Source of the DNA: Chloroflexota bacterium
GTDB lineage: Bacteria; Chloroflexota; UBA11872
DNA length: 64,000 nt
Assembly: GCA_965220075.1 (NCBI GenBank)
Contig: OZ244806.1
Span: forward strand, 2,648,371-2,712,370
Direction of reading: 5' to 3'
Shown: positions 11,839 through 21,746 of the stretch, one piece after another
How the letters are laid out: each line of letters begins with the position of its first letter
Position numbering within the stretch: the stretch's first letter is position 1
Made by a program: the position numbers and the translations under genes
The notes under the pieces: generated by a model
Told to the model about the DNA's origin: nothing
Database searches by the model: none
Seen by the model: the letters and a program-made list of their open reading frames with translations, nothing else

Positions 11839-12924
11839 ATGAGATCGAGATTGATTGGTCTGCTGTTGCTGATGGCACTCGCCCTTGTCGTCGCCGCCGC
11901 ATGTGACGGCAGCGACGGGGAGAAGGCGGCTGAGGGCGAAATGACGGCCAGCCGTCTGGCCACAGTGCAGGAACGCGGCACGCTCATCTGCGCCAGCCGG
12001 AACGACGTGCCGGGCTACGGCTCGCTGGACGCCTCCGGCCGCAACGTGGGCTTTGACATCGACTTGTGCCGCGCCGTCGCCGCGGCCGTGCTGGGCGACG
12101 CCGAAGCTATCCAGATCACCCTGATCAACGCGGCTGAGCGCGGTCCGACGATTCAGTCGGGCGAGGTCGACTTGCTGGTGCGTACCGTGACGTGGACGAC
12201 TTCCCGCGACGCGCAGTGGGGCAACTACGTACACACGACGTTCTACGACGGCCAGGGCTTCATGGTTCCGAAGTCGCTGGGCGTGAGCTCCGCCAGCGAA
12301 CTGAGCGGCGCCTCGGTTTGCGTGACGGCCGGAACCACGACCGAGTTGAACATGTCCGACTTCTTCCGGCAGAACAACCTGGAGTACAACCCCAAGGTGT
12401 TCGAGGACACCGACGTGGTGCTTGACTCCTACAAGGAAGGCCAGTGCGATGTCTTCACGAACGACCGATCGCAGCTGGCGGCGCTGCGCAGCGCACTGCC
12501 GAACCCGGATGAGCACGTGATCCTGCCGGAGACCATCTCCGAGGAACCTCTTGGCCCGGTGGTGCCCCACGGTGACGAGCAATGGTTCGACATCGTGAAG
12601 ACGGTGGTGTCCGGGCTGATCTACGCCGAGGCCTACGGCGTGACCAGCGGCAACGTGTCGCAGATGGCCTCCGGCGACAACGTGAAGGTGAAGCGTCTGC
12701 TCGGTACGGAGGGCGGCTTTGGCCAGGACACCCTGGGGCTGTCGGAAACGTTCATGCAGGACGTGATCACGCAGGTGGGCAACTACGGCGAGATCTACGA
12801 TCGCAACCTCGGGGCGGGAGGGATCGACCTGCCGCGCGAGGGTGGGCGGAACGCTCTGTGGGCGAACGCCCCGTGCACGGATTGCCCGAAGGGCGGCCAG
12901 ATATACGCTCCGCCGTTGCGCTGA
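11839..12924 (+). CDS. aapJ: General L-amino acid ABC transporter substrate-binding lipoprotein (AapJ/BztA family)
   Basis: It has a lipoprotein signal (MRSRLIGLLLLMALALVVAAAC) and is the first gene of a four-gene ABC operon. The ORF track starts earlier, at 11797. Confidence 0.8.
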   Translation: MRSRLIGLLLLMALALVVAAACDGSDGEKAAEGEMTASRLATVQERGTLICASRNDVPGYGSLDASGRNVGFDIDLCRAVAAAVLGDAEAIQITLINAAERGPTIQSGEVDLLVRTVTWTTSRDAQWGNYVHTTFYDGQGFMVPKSLGVSSASELSGASVCVTAGTTTELNMSDFFRQNNLEYNPKVFEDTDVVLDSYKEGQCDVFTNDRSQLAALRSALPNPDEHVILPETISEEPLGPVVPHGDEQWFDIVKTVVSGLIYAEAYGVTSGNVSQMASGDNVKVKRLLGTEGGFGQDTLGLSETFMQDVITQVGNYGEIYDRNLGAGGIDLPREGGRNALWANAPCTDCPKGGQIYAPPLR

Positions 12925-13063
12925 GCGACTCGCTATAGAAGCAGGGTTTCAGAAGCCGGGGGATGCGCGGCATCCCCCGGCTTCCTTATATGCTTCCGAC
13001 TAAACCGCTGCGGCGGCGCGACGCGGGGGTCGATCCATCCGAGCCGTAAACAGACTTCTGTAC

Positions 13064-14218
13064 GTGCAGGGCGTCCCACTCTGGCGCAACGTGGTGGCGC
13101 TGCAGTGGGCGGCGCAGATCGTCTCGGCCGTGCTGGTCCTGTCCGTCCTGGCCCTCTTCTTCACCAACGTGGCCAGGGAGATCGAGGCGCGCGACGTCCC
13201 CTTCGGATTCAGCTTTCTGGAGCGCGCCGCCGGGATTCCGATCGGCGAATCGGTGATTCCCTACGAGCCGTCCAACTCCCATCTCTACGGCTTCCTGGTC
13301 GCCATGCTCAACACGGTCAAGGCTTCGGTGCTGGGCGTAGTGCTCGCCACCGTGATCGGGATTCTGGTGGGAGTTGCGCGGCTTTCGCCGAACTGGCTTC
13401 TGAACAAGATCGCGCTCGTCTACATCGAGGTGCTGCGCAACATCCCGCTGCTCTTGCAGCTGCTCTTCTGGCTCCTCATCGTGCTCACCCTGCCGAGGGT
13501 GACCGAGAGCTACGTCCTCTTCGACGCCTTCTATCTCAGCAACAGCGGCTTGTACCTGCCCTGGCCGACCGCTCAGGACGGGTTCTGGCCGTGGCTTGTC
13601 GCGACTTTGGTCGGCATCGCTATGGCCGTATTCGTGGGCAGGTTCCTGAGCCGGCGCGAATCAGATACGGGCCGTAAGAGCTACCCGGTACTCGCCGGCG
13701 CGACGATCGCGGTCGGCGTCAGCGTCATCGCGCTGCTGGTCCTCGCGCCGCTCGAGCTCGTCATTCCCGAGCCGGAAGGCAGATTCGGGCGCCCGACGGG
13801 CGGAGCGCAACTGGGGGGCAGCTTCAGCGCGCTGCTCGTCGGCCTGGTGCTCTACACCTCGTCTTTCATCGCTGAGATCGTGAGGGCGGGCATCCAATCC
13901 GTCAGCAAGGGGCAGACCGAGGCGGCCCGCTCCGTGGGGCTGTCGAGCCTGATGACCTTACGTTTCGTCGCCTTCCCGCAGGCGCTGCGCGTGATCATCC
14001 CGCCGACGATCAGTCAGTACCTGAACCTCACGAAGAACTCGAGCCTGGCCGCCGCCATCGGGTACCAGGACCTGGTGAGCGTGGCCAACACGATGACGCA
14101 AACGGCCCCCGCAATCTCGTTGATCGCGATGGTCATGGCCACCTACCTAGTAATGAGCCTGACGTACTCGCTGATCGGCAACCTCTACAACCGCTATATC
14201 CGATTCAAGGGCACATGA
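13064..14218 (+). CDS. aapQ: Amino acid ABC transporter permease (AapQ/BztB-like)
   Basis: The 384-aa ORF is a multi-TM protein with the EAA-like motif region of polar amino-acid permeases. Confidence 0.8.
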   Translation: MQGVPLWRNVVALQWAAQIVSAVLVLSVLALFFTNVAREIEARDVPFGFSFLERAAGIPIGESVIPYEPSNSHLYGFLVAMLNTVKASVLGVVLATVIGILVGVARLSPNWLLNKIALVYIEVLRNIPLLLQLLFWLLIVLTLPRVTESYVLFDAFYLSNSGLYLPWPTAQDGFWPWLVATLVGIAMAVFVGRFLSRRESDTGRKSYPVLAGATIAVGVSVIALLVLAPLELVIPEPEGRFGRPTGGAQLGGSFSALLVGLVLYTSSFIAEIVRAGIQSVSKGQTEAARSVGLSSLMTLRFVAFPQALRVIIPPTISQYLNLTKNSSLAAAIGYQDLVSVANTMTQTAPAISLIAMVMATYLVMSLTYSLIGNLYNRYIRFKGT

Positions 14219-15423
14219 GCGTAAGCGTGACGACTCTCGCTCGCAGCACCCCGCCGCTAGCCACGGCGGCTGTCTGGCTGCGAAGGAACCTCTTCAGCTC
14301 GGTGTTCAGCGGCGCGGTGACGATCATCCTCGGCGCGGCGCTTGCCTGGTTGGCGGTCAACGGCATCGGATGGGTGCTCTTCACGGCCGACTGGGAGGTG
14401 GTCACCAGCCGGGTCCCGCTTTATCTGGTGGGGCTCTATCCGCACGAGGCGATCTGGCGGCCGCAAGTCTGCGTGCTGCTGGTGAGCGGGTTGCTGGGGA
14501 TGTCATGGCGGATGTGGGGCGGTACGGCGCGGATCTTCGCGATTGGGTTCAGCGTCATCACGCTGGTGGTGGGCGTGTTGCCGCACGAGATGGCTCCTCT
14601 CAACCGGGTCCTGCTGCTCTTGAATCCGGTCGCGGTGGGGCTTGTCTACCTGATAGCGAAGCGGCTTTTGGTGGATCGTCTCAGACGGATAGTGGCCGTC
14701 TCGATCTCCACGTTCGTCGTCATGCTGCTGCTGATCCGCGGCATAGAGGGCGTGCCCGGCCTGGAGCCGGTGAACCCGCAGGATATCGGCGGGCTGATGC
14801 TCAACCTCGTGCTGGCTACCTTCGGCATCGCGGTGTCCATGCCGATCGGCATCGCGCTGGCGCTGGGACGGCGCAGCAATCTGCCGGTGGTGAAGGTGGT
14901 GTGCGTCGCCTTCATCGAGATCGTTCGCGGCGCCCCCCTGATCACGCTGCTGTTCATGTCGCGTCACCTCCTGCCGCTGACGTTTCCCGAGAACTTCCAG
15001 GTGAGCGGTCTCTACCTGGCGGCCATCACCATCACGCTCTTCAGCTCGGCGTACATGGCCGAAAACGTGCGCGGCGGCATGGCCGCGGTGTCTCCCGGAC
15101 AGACGGAGGCCGCGCGCGCGCTGGGCCTGCGGGGCTGGCAGACCACTCTGCTGATAACGCTGCCGCAGGGCCTGAGGAACATCATCCCGGCCATCGTGGG
15201 TCAGTTCATCAGCCTGTTCAAAGACACCAGCCTGGTCTTCTTCATCGGAATGCTGGATATCTTGGAGATGGGACGCGCGGCGCTGCAAGACAGCAGCCTG
15301 GCATTCATCGACAACGGGCGCGAGGTTTACCTGTTCATCGCCGTCGTGTTTTGGATCTTCACCTTCTCGATGTCGTATATCAGTCGGCGCATAGAGCGCG
15401 CGCTTGGAGTTGGCAAGCGATAG
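14215..15423 (+). CDS. aapM: Amino acid ABC transporter permease (AapM/BztC-like)
   Basis: The 402-aa ORF is a multi-TM protein. Its start overlaps the aapQ stop by 4 nt. Confidence 0.8.
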   Translation: MSVSVTTLARSTPPLATAAVWLRRNLFSSVFSGAVTIILGAALAWLAVNGIGWVLFTADWEVVTSRVPLYLVGLYPHEAIWRPQVCVLLVSGLLGMSWRMWGGTARIFAIGFSVITLVVGVLPHEMAPLNRVLLLLNPVAVGLVYLIAKRLLVDRLRRIVAVSISTFVVMLLLIRGIEGVPGLEPVNPQDIGGLMLNLVLATFGIAVSMPIGIALALGRRSNLPVVKVVCVAFIEIVRGAPLITLLFMSRHLLPLTFPENFQVSGLYLAAITITLFSSAYMAENVRGGMAAVSPGQTEAARALGLRGWQTTLLITLPQGLRNIIPAIVGQFISLFKDTSLVFFIGMLDILEMGRAALQDSSLAFIDNGREVYLFIAVVFWIFTFSMSYISRRIERALGVGKR

Positions 15424-15446
15424 AGGGCTAGCGCAGGAGCTCAACA

Positions 15447-16292
15447 ATGGCGGAAACGAACATGGTTGAAGAAACCGTCGCAATCCCGGCGGAAAGACAA
15501 GAGATTCTGTCCAGGCCGCTGGCAGAGCGCGACGACATCATCATTTGCGAGAACGTGCATAAGTGGTTCGACAACTTCTGCGCGGTGCGCGACGTGAGCC
15601 TACGGGTCAAGCGGGGCGAGGTGGTCGTGGTCTTCGGTCCTTCAGGATCGGGAAAGTCGACGTTCATCCGCATGATCAACCGGCTGGAAGAGCACCAGTC
15701 GGGCAAGATCGTGATCAACGGCATCGAGATGACGAACGACGTTCGCAATCTGGATGCGATACGAAGAGAAGTGGGCATGGTGTTTCAGCAGTTCAACCTG
15801 TTCCCGCACATGACCGCGATCGGGAACATCATGCTGGCACCGATGCGCGTGCGGCACATCCCCAAGCGTGAAGCGGAAGAGATCGCCATGCGGTTGCTCG
15901 AGCGCGTGGGCATACCGGAGCAGGCCAACAAGTACCCGGCGGAGCTATCCGGCGGTCAGCAGCAGCGGGTCGCCATCGCGCGCGCACTTGCCATGCAGCC
16001 GCAGATCATGCTGTTCGACGAACCGACTTCGGCGCTCGATCCGGAGATGATCAAAGAAGTGCTGGACGCGATGCGCGAGCTGGCGGCGACCGGCATGACC
16101 ATGATCTGCGTCACCCACGAGATGGGTTTCGCGCGCGAAGTAGCCGACCGGATGGCCTTCTTCGACGAGGGCGCGCTCGTGGAGCTCGGTACGCCGGACC
16201 AGCTATTCAACCATCCAAAAGAGGAGCGGACGCGCATGTTCCTAGATCAAATCCTGGAGCCCGGCGGTCCGTCGGAGAGCGCGGCTAACTGA
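15447..16292 (+). CDS. aapP: Amino acid ABC transporter ATP-binding protein
   Basis: Walker A (GPSGSGKST), ABC signature ([15 protein letters not shown]) and Walker B ([12 protein letters not shown]) are all present. Confidence 0.85.
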   Translation: MAETNMVEETVAIPAERQEILSRPLAERDDIIICENVHKWFDNFCAVRDVSLRVKRGEVVVVFGPSGSGKSTFIRMINRLEEHQSGKIVINGIEMTNDVRNLDAIRREVGMVFQQFNLFPHMTAIGNIMLAPMRVRHIPKREAEEIAMRLLERVGIPEQANKYPAELSGGQQQRVAIARALAMQPQIMLFDEPTSALDPEMIKEVLDAMRELAATGMTMICVTHEMGFAREVADRMAFFDEGALVELGTPDQLFNHPKEERTRMFLDQILEPGGPSESAAN

Positions 16293-16394
16293 CCGACGCC
16301 CGAAGACCCCTGAGGTCGGCAAGCGCGGCTGGGCTGGTGCCGCCGCACGAAGGCCGAGAGCCCTGGGGCCGCCGAAATGCGGCCGCGGGGCCAA

Positions 16395-16683
16395 GGGCTC
16401 AAAGTCCGCTCTGGTACTATCCCCGCAACGGCGACGAAGGAGACAAATAGCCGGGAGCAACCGACGTAGAGAGAGCCGCCGGCAGCTGTAAAGGCGGTAG
16501 TCGGTCCTCGGTGAAGACCCTCCCGAGCCGCGAGGAAGAACGGCCAAGCGCCCTGTAAGCCTCGCCGTAGTGGACCGCGTTACGGTCTGCATGAGGCTGG
16601 TCCACGGATCAGCGAAGTGCGGTGGCACCGCGGGAGCCCTCCCGTCCGCACATCCGGGGCACGGATGCGGACAGGAGGACCGG
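16395..16683 (+). promoter_or_regulatory. T-box riboswitch leader (Asp-specific) preceding aspS
   Basis: The T-box sequence aagtgcGGTGGcACCGCGGg lies at 16615-16634 and matches AAnnnGGGTGGnACCGCG. A UGGC bulge is compatible with a G discriminator. The candidate specifier GAC-A is at 16442-16445. An AGAGA motif is present in the stem-I region, and a downstream helix (ccgcacatccg/cggatgcgg) abuts the AGGAGG Shine-Dalgarno sequence of aspS. Confidence 0.5.
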
Positions 16684-17982
16684 GTGCACAGAATCACGTC
16701 AGTCGACTTCTCGAGACACCTCGGGGAACGGGTACGTCTCTCAGGTTGGTTGCATCGGCTGCGAGCGGTCGGCCAGGTCTCATTCCTGGTACTCCGCGAT
16801 GGTTGGGGAACCGCCCAGGCCGTCTTGACTCCCGACGCGGCCGCCGACGCTGCGCGCCTCTATGCGGAATCCGTGATCGAGGTCGAGGGGCTGGTCGCTC
16901 GGGAGCAGCAGGCGCCTGGCGGGTATGAGTTGAAAGACGCGGCGCTGCGCGTCATCTCGCGCGCCGTGCAACCCCCGCCCCTGGATCTATTCCGCCCGAA
17001 CATCAGGGCGTCCTTGCCAACGCTGCTCGACCACGCCGCCGTCGCCCTGCGCCACCCGAGAGAACGAGCCAAACACCGTATCTCGGCGGCGGCCACGGCA
17101 GGGTTTCGCTCCGCATTGACGGCGAGAGGGTTCCTGGAGGTGCATACGCCCAAAATCGTCGCCTCGGCGACGGAGTCGGGCGCGGATCTATTCGAGGTTG
17201 ACTACTTCGGCCGGACGGCCTATCTGGCGCAAAGCCCGCAGCTCTACAAACAGACCCTCGTGGGCGTATTTGAGCGTGTGTTCGAGGTAGGCCCGGTGTT
17301 CAGGGCGGAACCGCACGACACGACGCGGCACATCAACGAATACGTGTCGCTCGACGCCGAAATGGGCTTCATCGAGGATCACCGCACTGTTATGGCCATG
17401 GTCAACGCGGTGGTGCGCCAGATGGTGCGGCATGTGGCCGAGCACGAGGAGGCCTCCATCCGGTTGCTCGGCTCCCGACTCCCGGAGGTACCCGCGGAGA
17501 TTCCCGTGGTCCACTTTCGAGAGGCACAAGACATCGTGCGGGAGCAAACGGGCAAGGACATCTCGGACGAGCCGGACCTCTCCGCCGCGCACGAGCAAGT
17601 CCTGACTGCGTGGTCGCAAAAAGCGACCGGCAGCGAGTTCCTCTTTGTCGAGGGGTACCCCATGCGGAAACGGCCCTTCTACACACACACCGATCCGGCG
17701 CGCCCCGAGTATTCGAGAGGATTCGATTTGCTGTTCCGTGGTTGGGAGATCGTGACGGGTGGACAGCGTCTGCACGTGTATGACGAGTACCTGTGCGCGC
17801 TTGACCATGCCGGTCAGACCGCCGCGGACTACGAGGGCTACTTGGAAGCCTTTCGGCACGGCATGCCGCCGCACGGAGGGTTCGCGCTCGGGCTGGAGCG
17901 ATTCGTGGCGCGCCTGCTTGGATCGGACAACCTGCGCGAGACGACACTGTTCCCGCGCGACATGAAACGACTGACTCCGTAG
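16684..17982 (+). CDS. aspS: Aspartyl-tRNA synthetase, archaeal/eukaryal-type (class IIb, short form)
   Basis: It has an OB anticodon-binding N-terminus and class II motifs FRAEPHDTTRHINEYVSLDAEMGF and GMPPHGGFALGLERF. The GTG start at 16684 lies 7 nt after AGGAGG; the ORF track starts at 16570. Confidence 0.8.
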   Translation: MHRITSVDFSRHLGERVRLSGWLHRLRAVGQVSFLVLRDGWGTAQAVLTPDAAADAARLYAESVIEVEGLVAREQQAPGGYELKDAALRVISRAVQPPPLDLFRPNIRASLPTLLDHAAVALRHPRERAKHRISAAATAGFRSALTARGFLEVHTPKIVASATESGADLFEVDYFGRTAYLAQSPQLYKQTLVGVFERVFEVGPVFRAEPHDTTRHINEYVSLDAEMGFIEDHRTVMAMVNAVVRQMVRHVAEHEEASIRLLGSRLPEVPAEIPVVHFREAQDIVREQTGKDISDEPDLSAAHEQVLTAWSQKATGSEFLFVEGYPMRKRPFYTHTDPARPEYSRGFDLLFRGWEIVTGGQRLHVYDEYLCALDHAGQTAADYEGYLEAFRHGMPPHGGFALGLERFVARLLGSDNLRETTLFPRDMKRLTP

Positions 17983-18199
17983 CTGCTCGTCGTTGTCATG
18001 CCCGCGGGCCGAGGCGGCGGGGAGTGCCGCCGCTCTCGTCTGCCAGCCTCGCGGTCCAGCTCGGCTGCCGGGCGGGTTCGGAGCGAATGCAATACTGCGC
18101 CGCGGGCATTCGTGGAGCGCCAGCGCACCGCGGAGCACGTCGACGCGCGGGCTTGAGACCCCGCCGGCGCATCGGTAACGGAGGCCAGGAGCCGCGCCA

Positions 18200-20041
18200 G
18201 TGACAGTTACAACCTTCGTGGGAGACGGCAGCGTCAAGCAGCCGCCCAGCTTCACCACGCGCCCGATCGTGATGGGCACACGCGGCGTCGTCACCTCCGG
18301 CCACTACCTGGCGAGCGCGGCCGGTTTCCGCATCATGGAGCAGGGCGGCAACGCCATCGACGCCGCCGCGGCGATGTGCTTCTGTCTCAACCTGCTGGAG
18401 CCGCAGAGCAATGGGCTGGCCGGCGAGGTTCCCACGCTCATCTACGCAGCGCGCGAGCGGAAGGTCCACGCGCTCAGCGGCATGGGTTGGGCGCCCAAGG
18501 CGTTCACGATCGACTGGTGCCGCGCGCATGGAATCGACCTGATCCCGGGCGACGGGTATCTGCCCGCCTGCGTGCCCGCCGTGGTAGGCACCTGGGCGGC
18601 GGCGCTTGCGCGATTCGGGACCCTGCGCTTCGCGGACGTCGCGGCGCCCGCCATCGAGCTGGCCGAGAACGGCTATCCGGTTTACGAGCGCCTGCACAAG
18701 AGCCTCGTCAGCAACCAGGCCAAGTTCACCGAGCTATATCCCAGCACCGGCGAGGTCTATTTGCCCGACGGGCGTGCGCCCGAAGTGGGCGAGGTGCATC
18801 GCAATCCCGCCTGGGCCGAAACGCTGCGGAGCCTCTGCCGCGCCGAGAAGGAAGCGGCCGGGCGGGGGCGCGTGGCCGGCATCGAAGCCGCGCGCGACGC
18901 CTTCTACAAGGGTGAGATCGCGGAGCGCATGGTCGATTTCATCAGCGCCAATCCGGTGGAAGACGCGAGTGGATCGACTCACGCCGGGCTGCTCACCTAT
19001 GAAGACTTCGCCGAATGGGAGGCTGAGTTCGAGGAGCCGGTCAGCCTGAACTACCGCGGCCTGGATGTCTTCAAGTGCTCCAGCTGGACCCAGGGCCCGG
19101 TGTTCTTGCAGCAGCTCGCGCTGCTGGAGGGGTTCGATCTGGCTGCCATGGGGCACAATTCGGCGGCGTACCTGCATACGCTGATCGAGTGCGCCAAGCT
19201 GGCCTTCGCCGACCGCGAGGCCTACTACGGCGACCCCAGCTTCGACGACGTGCCGTTCGACCGGCTGCTATCCAAGACCTACGCGGCCGAACGCCGCGGC
19301 CTGGTTGACGATCGAGCCTCGGACGAGCTGCGTCCCGGCGACCTGGGAAACGGCGCCCCGCTCCATGCCACCTTCGACGTGGCCGGGGACAACCGCAGCG
19401 CGCTTCGATTGGAGGCCCGCGAGGTTCACGACCTGGGGCTTGGTCACGCGCACGTCGGCGATACGACCCATCTCGACGCTGTCGATCGCGAGGGCAACAT
19501 GGTCGCCGCCACTCCCAGCGGAGGGTGGCTGGGCACTTCGCCGGTCATTCGCGGGCTCGGGTTCCCGCTGGGCACGCGCGGGCAGATGTTCTATCTCAAC
19601 CCGGCGCGGCCCAACGCGCTGGCCCCGCGCAAGCGACCGCGCGCAACCCTCACGCCGTCGCTGGTGACCCGCGACGGCGACCCGTTGATGGTATTCGGCA
19701 CACCGGGGGGCGACAGTCAGGATCAGTGGACCTTGCAGTTCCTCCTCAACTGCGTTGACTTCGGCATGAACCTTCAGCAAGCGCTGGACGCCGCAACGGT
19801 GCACTCGGTGCACTTCCCGTCGTCGTTCTACCCGCGCAGCGCCTACCCCGGACGCATGGTCGCGGAGGATCGTATTCCGGGGGACGTGGTTGCCGAGCTG
19901 GAGCGCCGCGGCCACGAGGTTGAGGTGACCGACGGGTGGGACAACGGCAAGCCGATGGCCATCCGCTACGACGGCGCGCGCGGCGTCATTTCCGGCGCCG
20001 TTTCTGCCAAGGGCAACGTCGGCTACGCGTCGGGGTGGTGA
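18200..20041 (+). CDS. ggt: Gamma-glutamyltranspeptidase family protein (no obvious signal peptide)
   Basis: The 613-aa ORF has the conserved autoprocessing/nucleophile Thr region GDTTHLDAVDREGNMVAATPSGG. Confidence 0.8.
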   Translation: MTVTTFVGDGSVKQPPSFTTRPIVMGTRGVVTSGHYLASAAGFRIMEQGGNAIDAAAAMCFCLNLLEPQSNGLAGEVPTLIYAARERKVHALSGMGWAPKAFTIDWCRAHGIDLIPGDGYLPACVPAVVGTWAAALARFGTLRFADVAAPAIELAENGYPVYERLHKSLVSNQAKFTELYPSTGEVYLPDGRAPEVGEVHRNPAWAETLRSLCRAEKEAAGRGRVAGIEAARDAFYKGEIAERMVDFISANPVEDASGSTHAGLLTYEDFAEWEAEFEEPVSLNYRGLDVFKCSSWTQGPVFLQQLALLEGFDLAAMGHNSAAYLHTLIECAKLAFADREAYYGDPSFDDVPFDRLLSKTYAAERRGLVDDRASDELRPGDLGNGAPLHATFDVAGDNRSALRLEAREVHDLGLGHAHVGDTTHLDAVDREGNMVAATPSGGWLGTSPVIRGLGFPLGTRGQMFYLNPARPNALAPRKRPRATLTPSLVTRDGDPLMVFGTPGGDSQDQWTLQFLLNCVDFGMNLQQALDAATVHSVHFPSSFYPRSAYPGRMVAEDRIPGDVVAELERRGHEVEVTDGWDNGKPMAIRYDGARGVISGAVSAKGNVGYASGW

Positions 20042-20475
20042 TCGGCGGCGCGCCTGCCCGTGCCGTCATCTCGAACGTGGGAGCGGATGCGCTCAGTCTG
20101 ATCTCTAGCTAACAGATCCATCGCCGCGGAGGCGACGCCATCCGTGCAGCGCTAGCGCCGCGCGTCCCGCCTGTCGCGAGATGTGTGACCTCGGCTGCCG
20201 CCCAACTCGGACGGTCGCTGCAGGATGCGCCGCGTGTCGTCGGTTTCCGCCCGAGCGCTGGGAAGCGGTGAATATAGAACCATCCCTATCACCGCGTCGA
20301 ATACCTTATGGAGCGCCGCGAGCAACCAGGGGGCTGCCAGGCCGAGGATTTTCAAGACAGCCATCAAACTAGTCCGTAGTAGGTCGCTTTGATGTCCATG
20401 CGCGGCGCGGTGACACATCGCCAGCGGGCGGACTCGAGGCCCGCTCGGTTCGTCGGCCGGCAGGCGGGGTCTGGA

Positions 20476-20495
20476 TTCCCGCGTGCGCGGGAATA
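20476..20495. repeat. Solo copy of the MITE core palindrome (ATTCCCGCG-TG-CGCGGGAAT)
   Basis: It is near-identical to the central hairpin of the MITE-like elements at 35878, 45017 and 60863, but has no flanking terminal inverted repeats. Confidence 0.4.
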
Positions 20496-20608
20496 ACCGA
20501 GGGAGAGCTGATCAAAGTGACCCATTACCAACTAGTCTATACCCAGACCGTTCATAGCTTGAAACACCGGCCCGCGCCAGTCCGTCCCGCCGATCAAGAC
20601 GCCGCCCG

Positions 20609-21607
20609 CTAAACGCGTCCGGCCAGCTGATAGGCCTTGTCGATGAGCGCCACCGCGTCGGCGCAGTCGCGCGCGTTAGGCGTGGGCGGCTCGTCGTTGG
20701 CCGCCCGCCGCAGGGCCTCGGCCACGAAACCCGGATAGCTCGAGCTGACGTCGGCGGGCGCGTCCACGAACTCGTCACGGCCGGGACCGAGAATCTGCAA
20801 GCCGTCCGGCAGTGCTCGCAGGAGGGCTTTCTCGCCCGCGATCTTCCACTCGCCGTCAGTCTCATTGGCGGGCCAGGTGGGCATGGTGTAGCCCGTCTCC
20901 ACCTGCAGAAGGACGCCGCTGGAGCTGCGCAGGGTCGCGAGGGCGTAGTCCTCCACCTCAGCCTGATGCGCGAGGTTGTTTATCACGGCGCCGGCCACCA
21001 TCAGCTCTTCGCCGAGCAGATAGCGGGCCATGTCCATGCCGTGAACTCCGAGATTGAGAAGGGCGCCGCCGCCGCACACCGCCCGTTCCCACATCCAGGG
21101 CGAATCCCACTCGAGATAGCGGCGCATGGTGGGGCGGATCATGCGCATGAACACGTGCGAGACGGCGCCGAACTCTCCGGCCGCGAGCATCTCCCTGGCC
21201 TTGCGCGCGAATGGCGCTCCCCGGTTGGGAAACGGGACCGCGATCCAGGCGCCTTTCGACTCAGCCAGATCGGCCACGCCGGCCACCGTGGCAGGGTCCG
21301 CCGATATCGGCTTCTCCATGATGAACGGGAGGCCGGTCTCGATGAGATGGCGGGCGATGTCCGCCATGTCGGTGTGCCGACCGAGTGCAACCACGAACTC
21401 CGGCCTGGTCTCGTCGATCATGGCCCGGTAGTCCGTGAACGCCTTCGAATCGAAGCGCGCGGCGCGGTCCTGAGCGATCGACTGATCGCGATCCGACACT
21501 CCCACGATCTCGGTGCCGAGATCCTTCAAGACACTCAGGTAGGCCGCGTCGTAAGTGGAGTGCCAGTGGCTGACCTCGGTAACTGCAACACGCCGGATTT
21601 TGGCCAT
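20609..21607 (-). CDS. Gfo/Idh/MocA family NAD(P)-dependent oxidoreductase
   Basis: The 332-aa ORF has an N-terminal Rossmann fold (RVAVTEVSHWHS...IVGVSDRD) and the EKP motif (FIMEKPIS). Confidence 0.8.
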   Translation of the reverse strand: MAKIRRVAVTEVSHWHSTYDAAYLSVLKDLGTEIVGVSDRDQSIAQDRAARFDSKAFTDYRAMIDETRPEFVVALGRHTDMADIARHLIETGLPFIMEKPISADPATVAGVADLAESKGAWIAVPFPNRGAPFARKAREMLAAGEFGAVSHVFMRMIRPTMRRYLEWDSPWMWERAVCGGGALLNLGVHGMDMARYLLGEELMVAGAVINNLAHQAEVEDYALATLRSSSGVLLQVETGYTMPTWPANETDGEWKIAGEKALLRALPDGLQILGPGRDEFVDAPADVSSSYPGFVAEALRRAANDEPPTPNARDCADAVALIDKAYQLAGRV

Positions 21608-21746
21608 GGGTCATGCGATTGTCGTGAGCGCGCGCGGAGCGTAGCACGGGGACCCGACTCGTCTGGACTGTCCGTGCGCGGCCGTTTAGTTTGTGGCGGC
21701 GCGCCTATACTTCACGCGGCCCAATCGACCGCAGCAGGGGGATCAA

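Noticed and set aside
14503-15483. 326-aa minus-strand ORF.
   Set aside because: It is antisense to the aapM permease gene. It is a shadow ORF.
17188-18294. 368-aa minus-strand ORF.
   Set aside because: It is antisense to aspS and has no recognisable domain. It is a shadow ORF.
20152-20418. 88-aa minus-strand ORF in the ggt-to-oxidoreductase spacer with a hydrophobic stretch (MAVLKILGLAAPWLLAAL).
   Set aside because: It is too short and has no conserved motif or ribosome-binding site. It is left uncalled.
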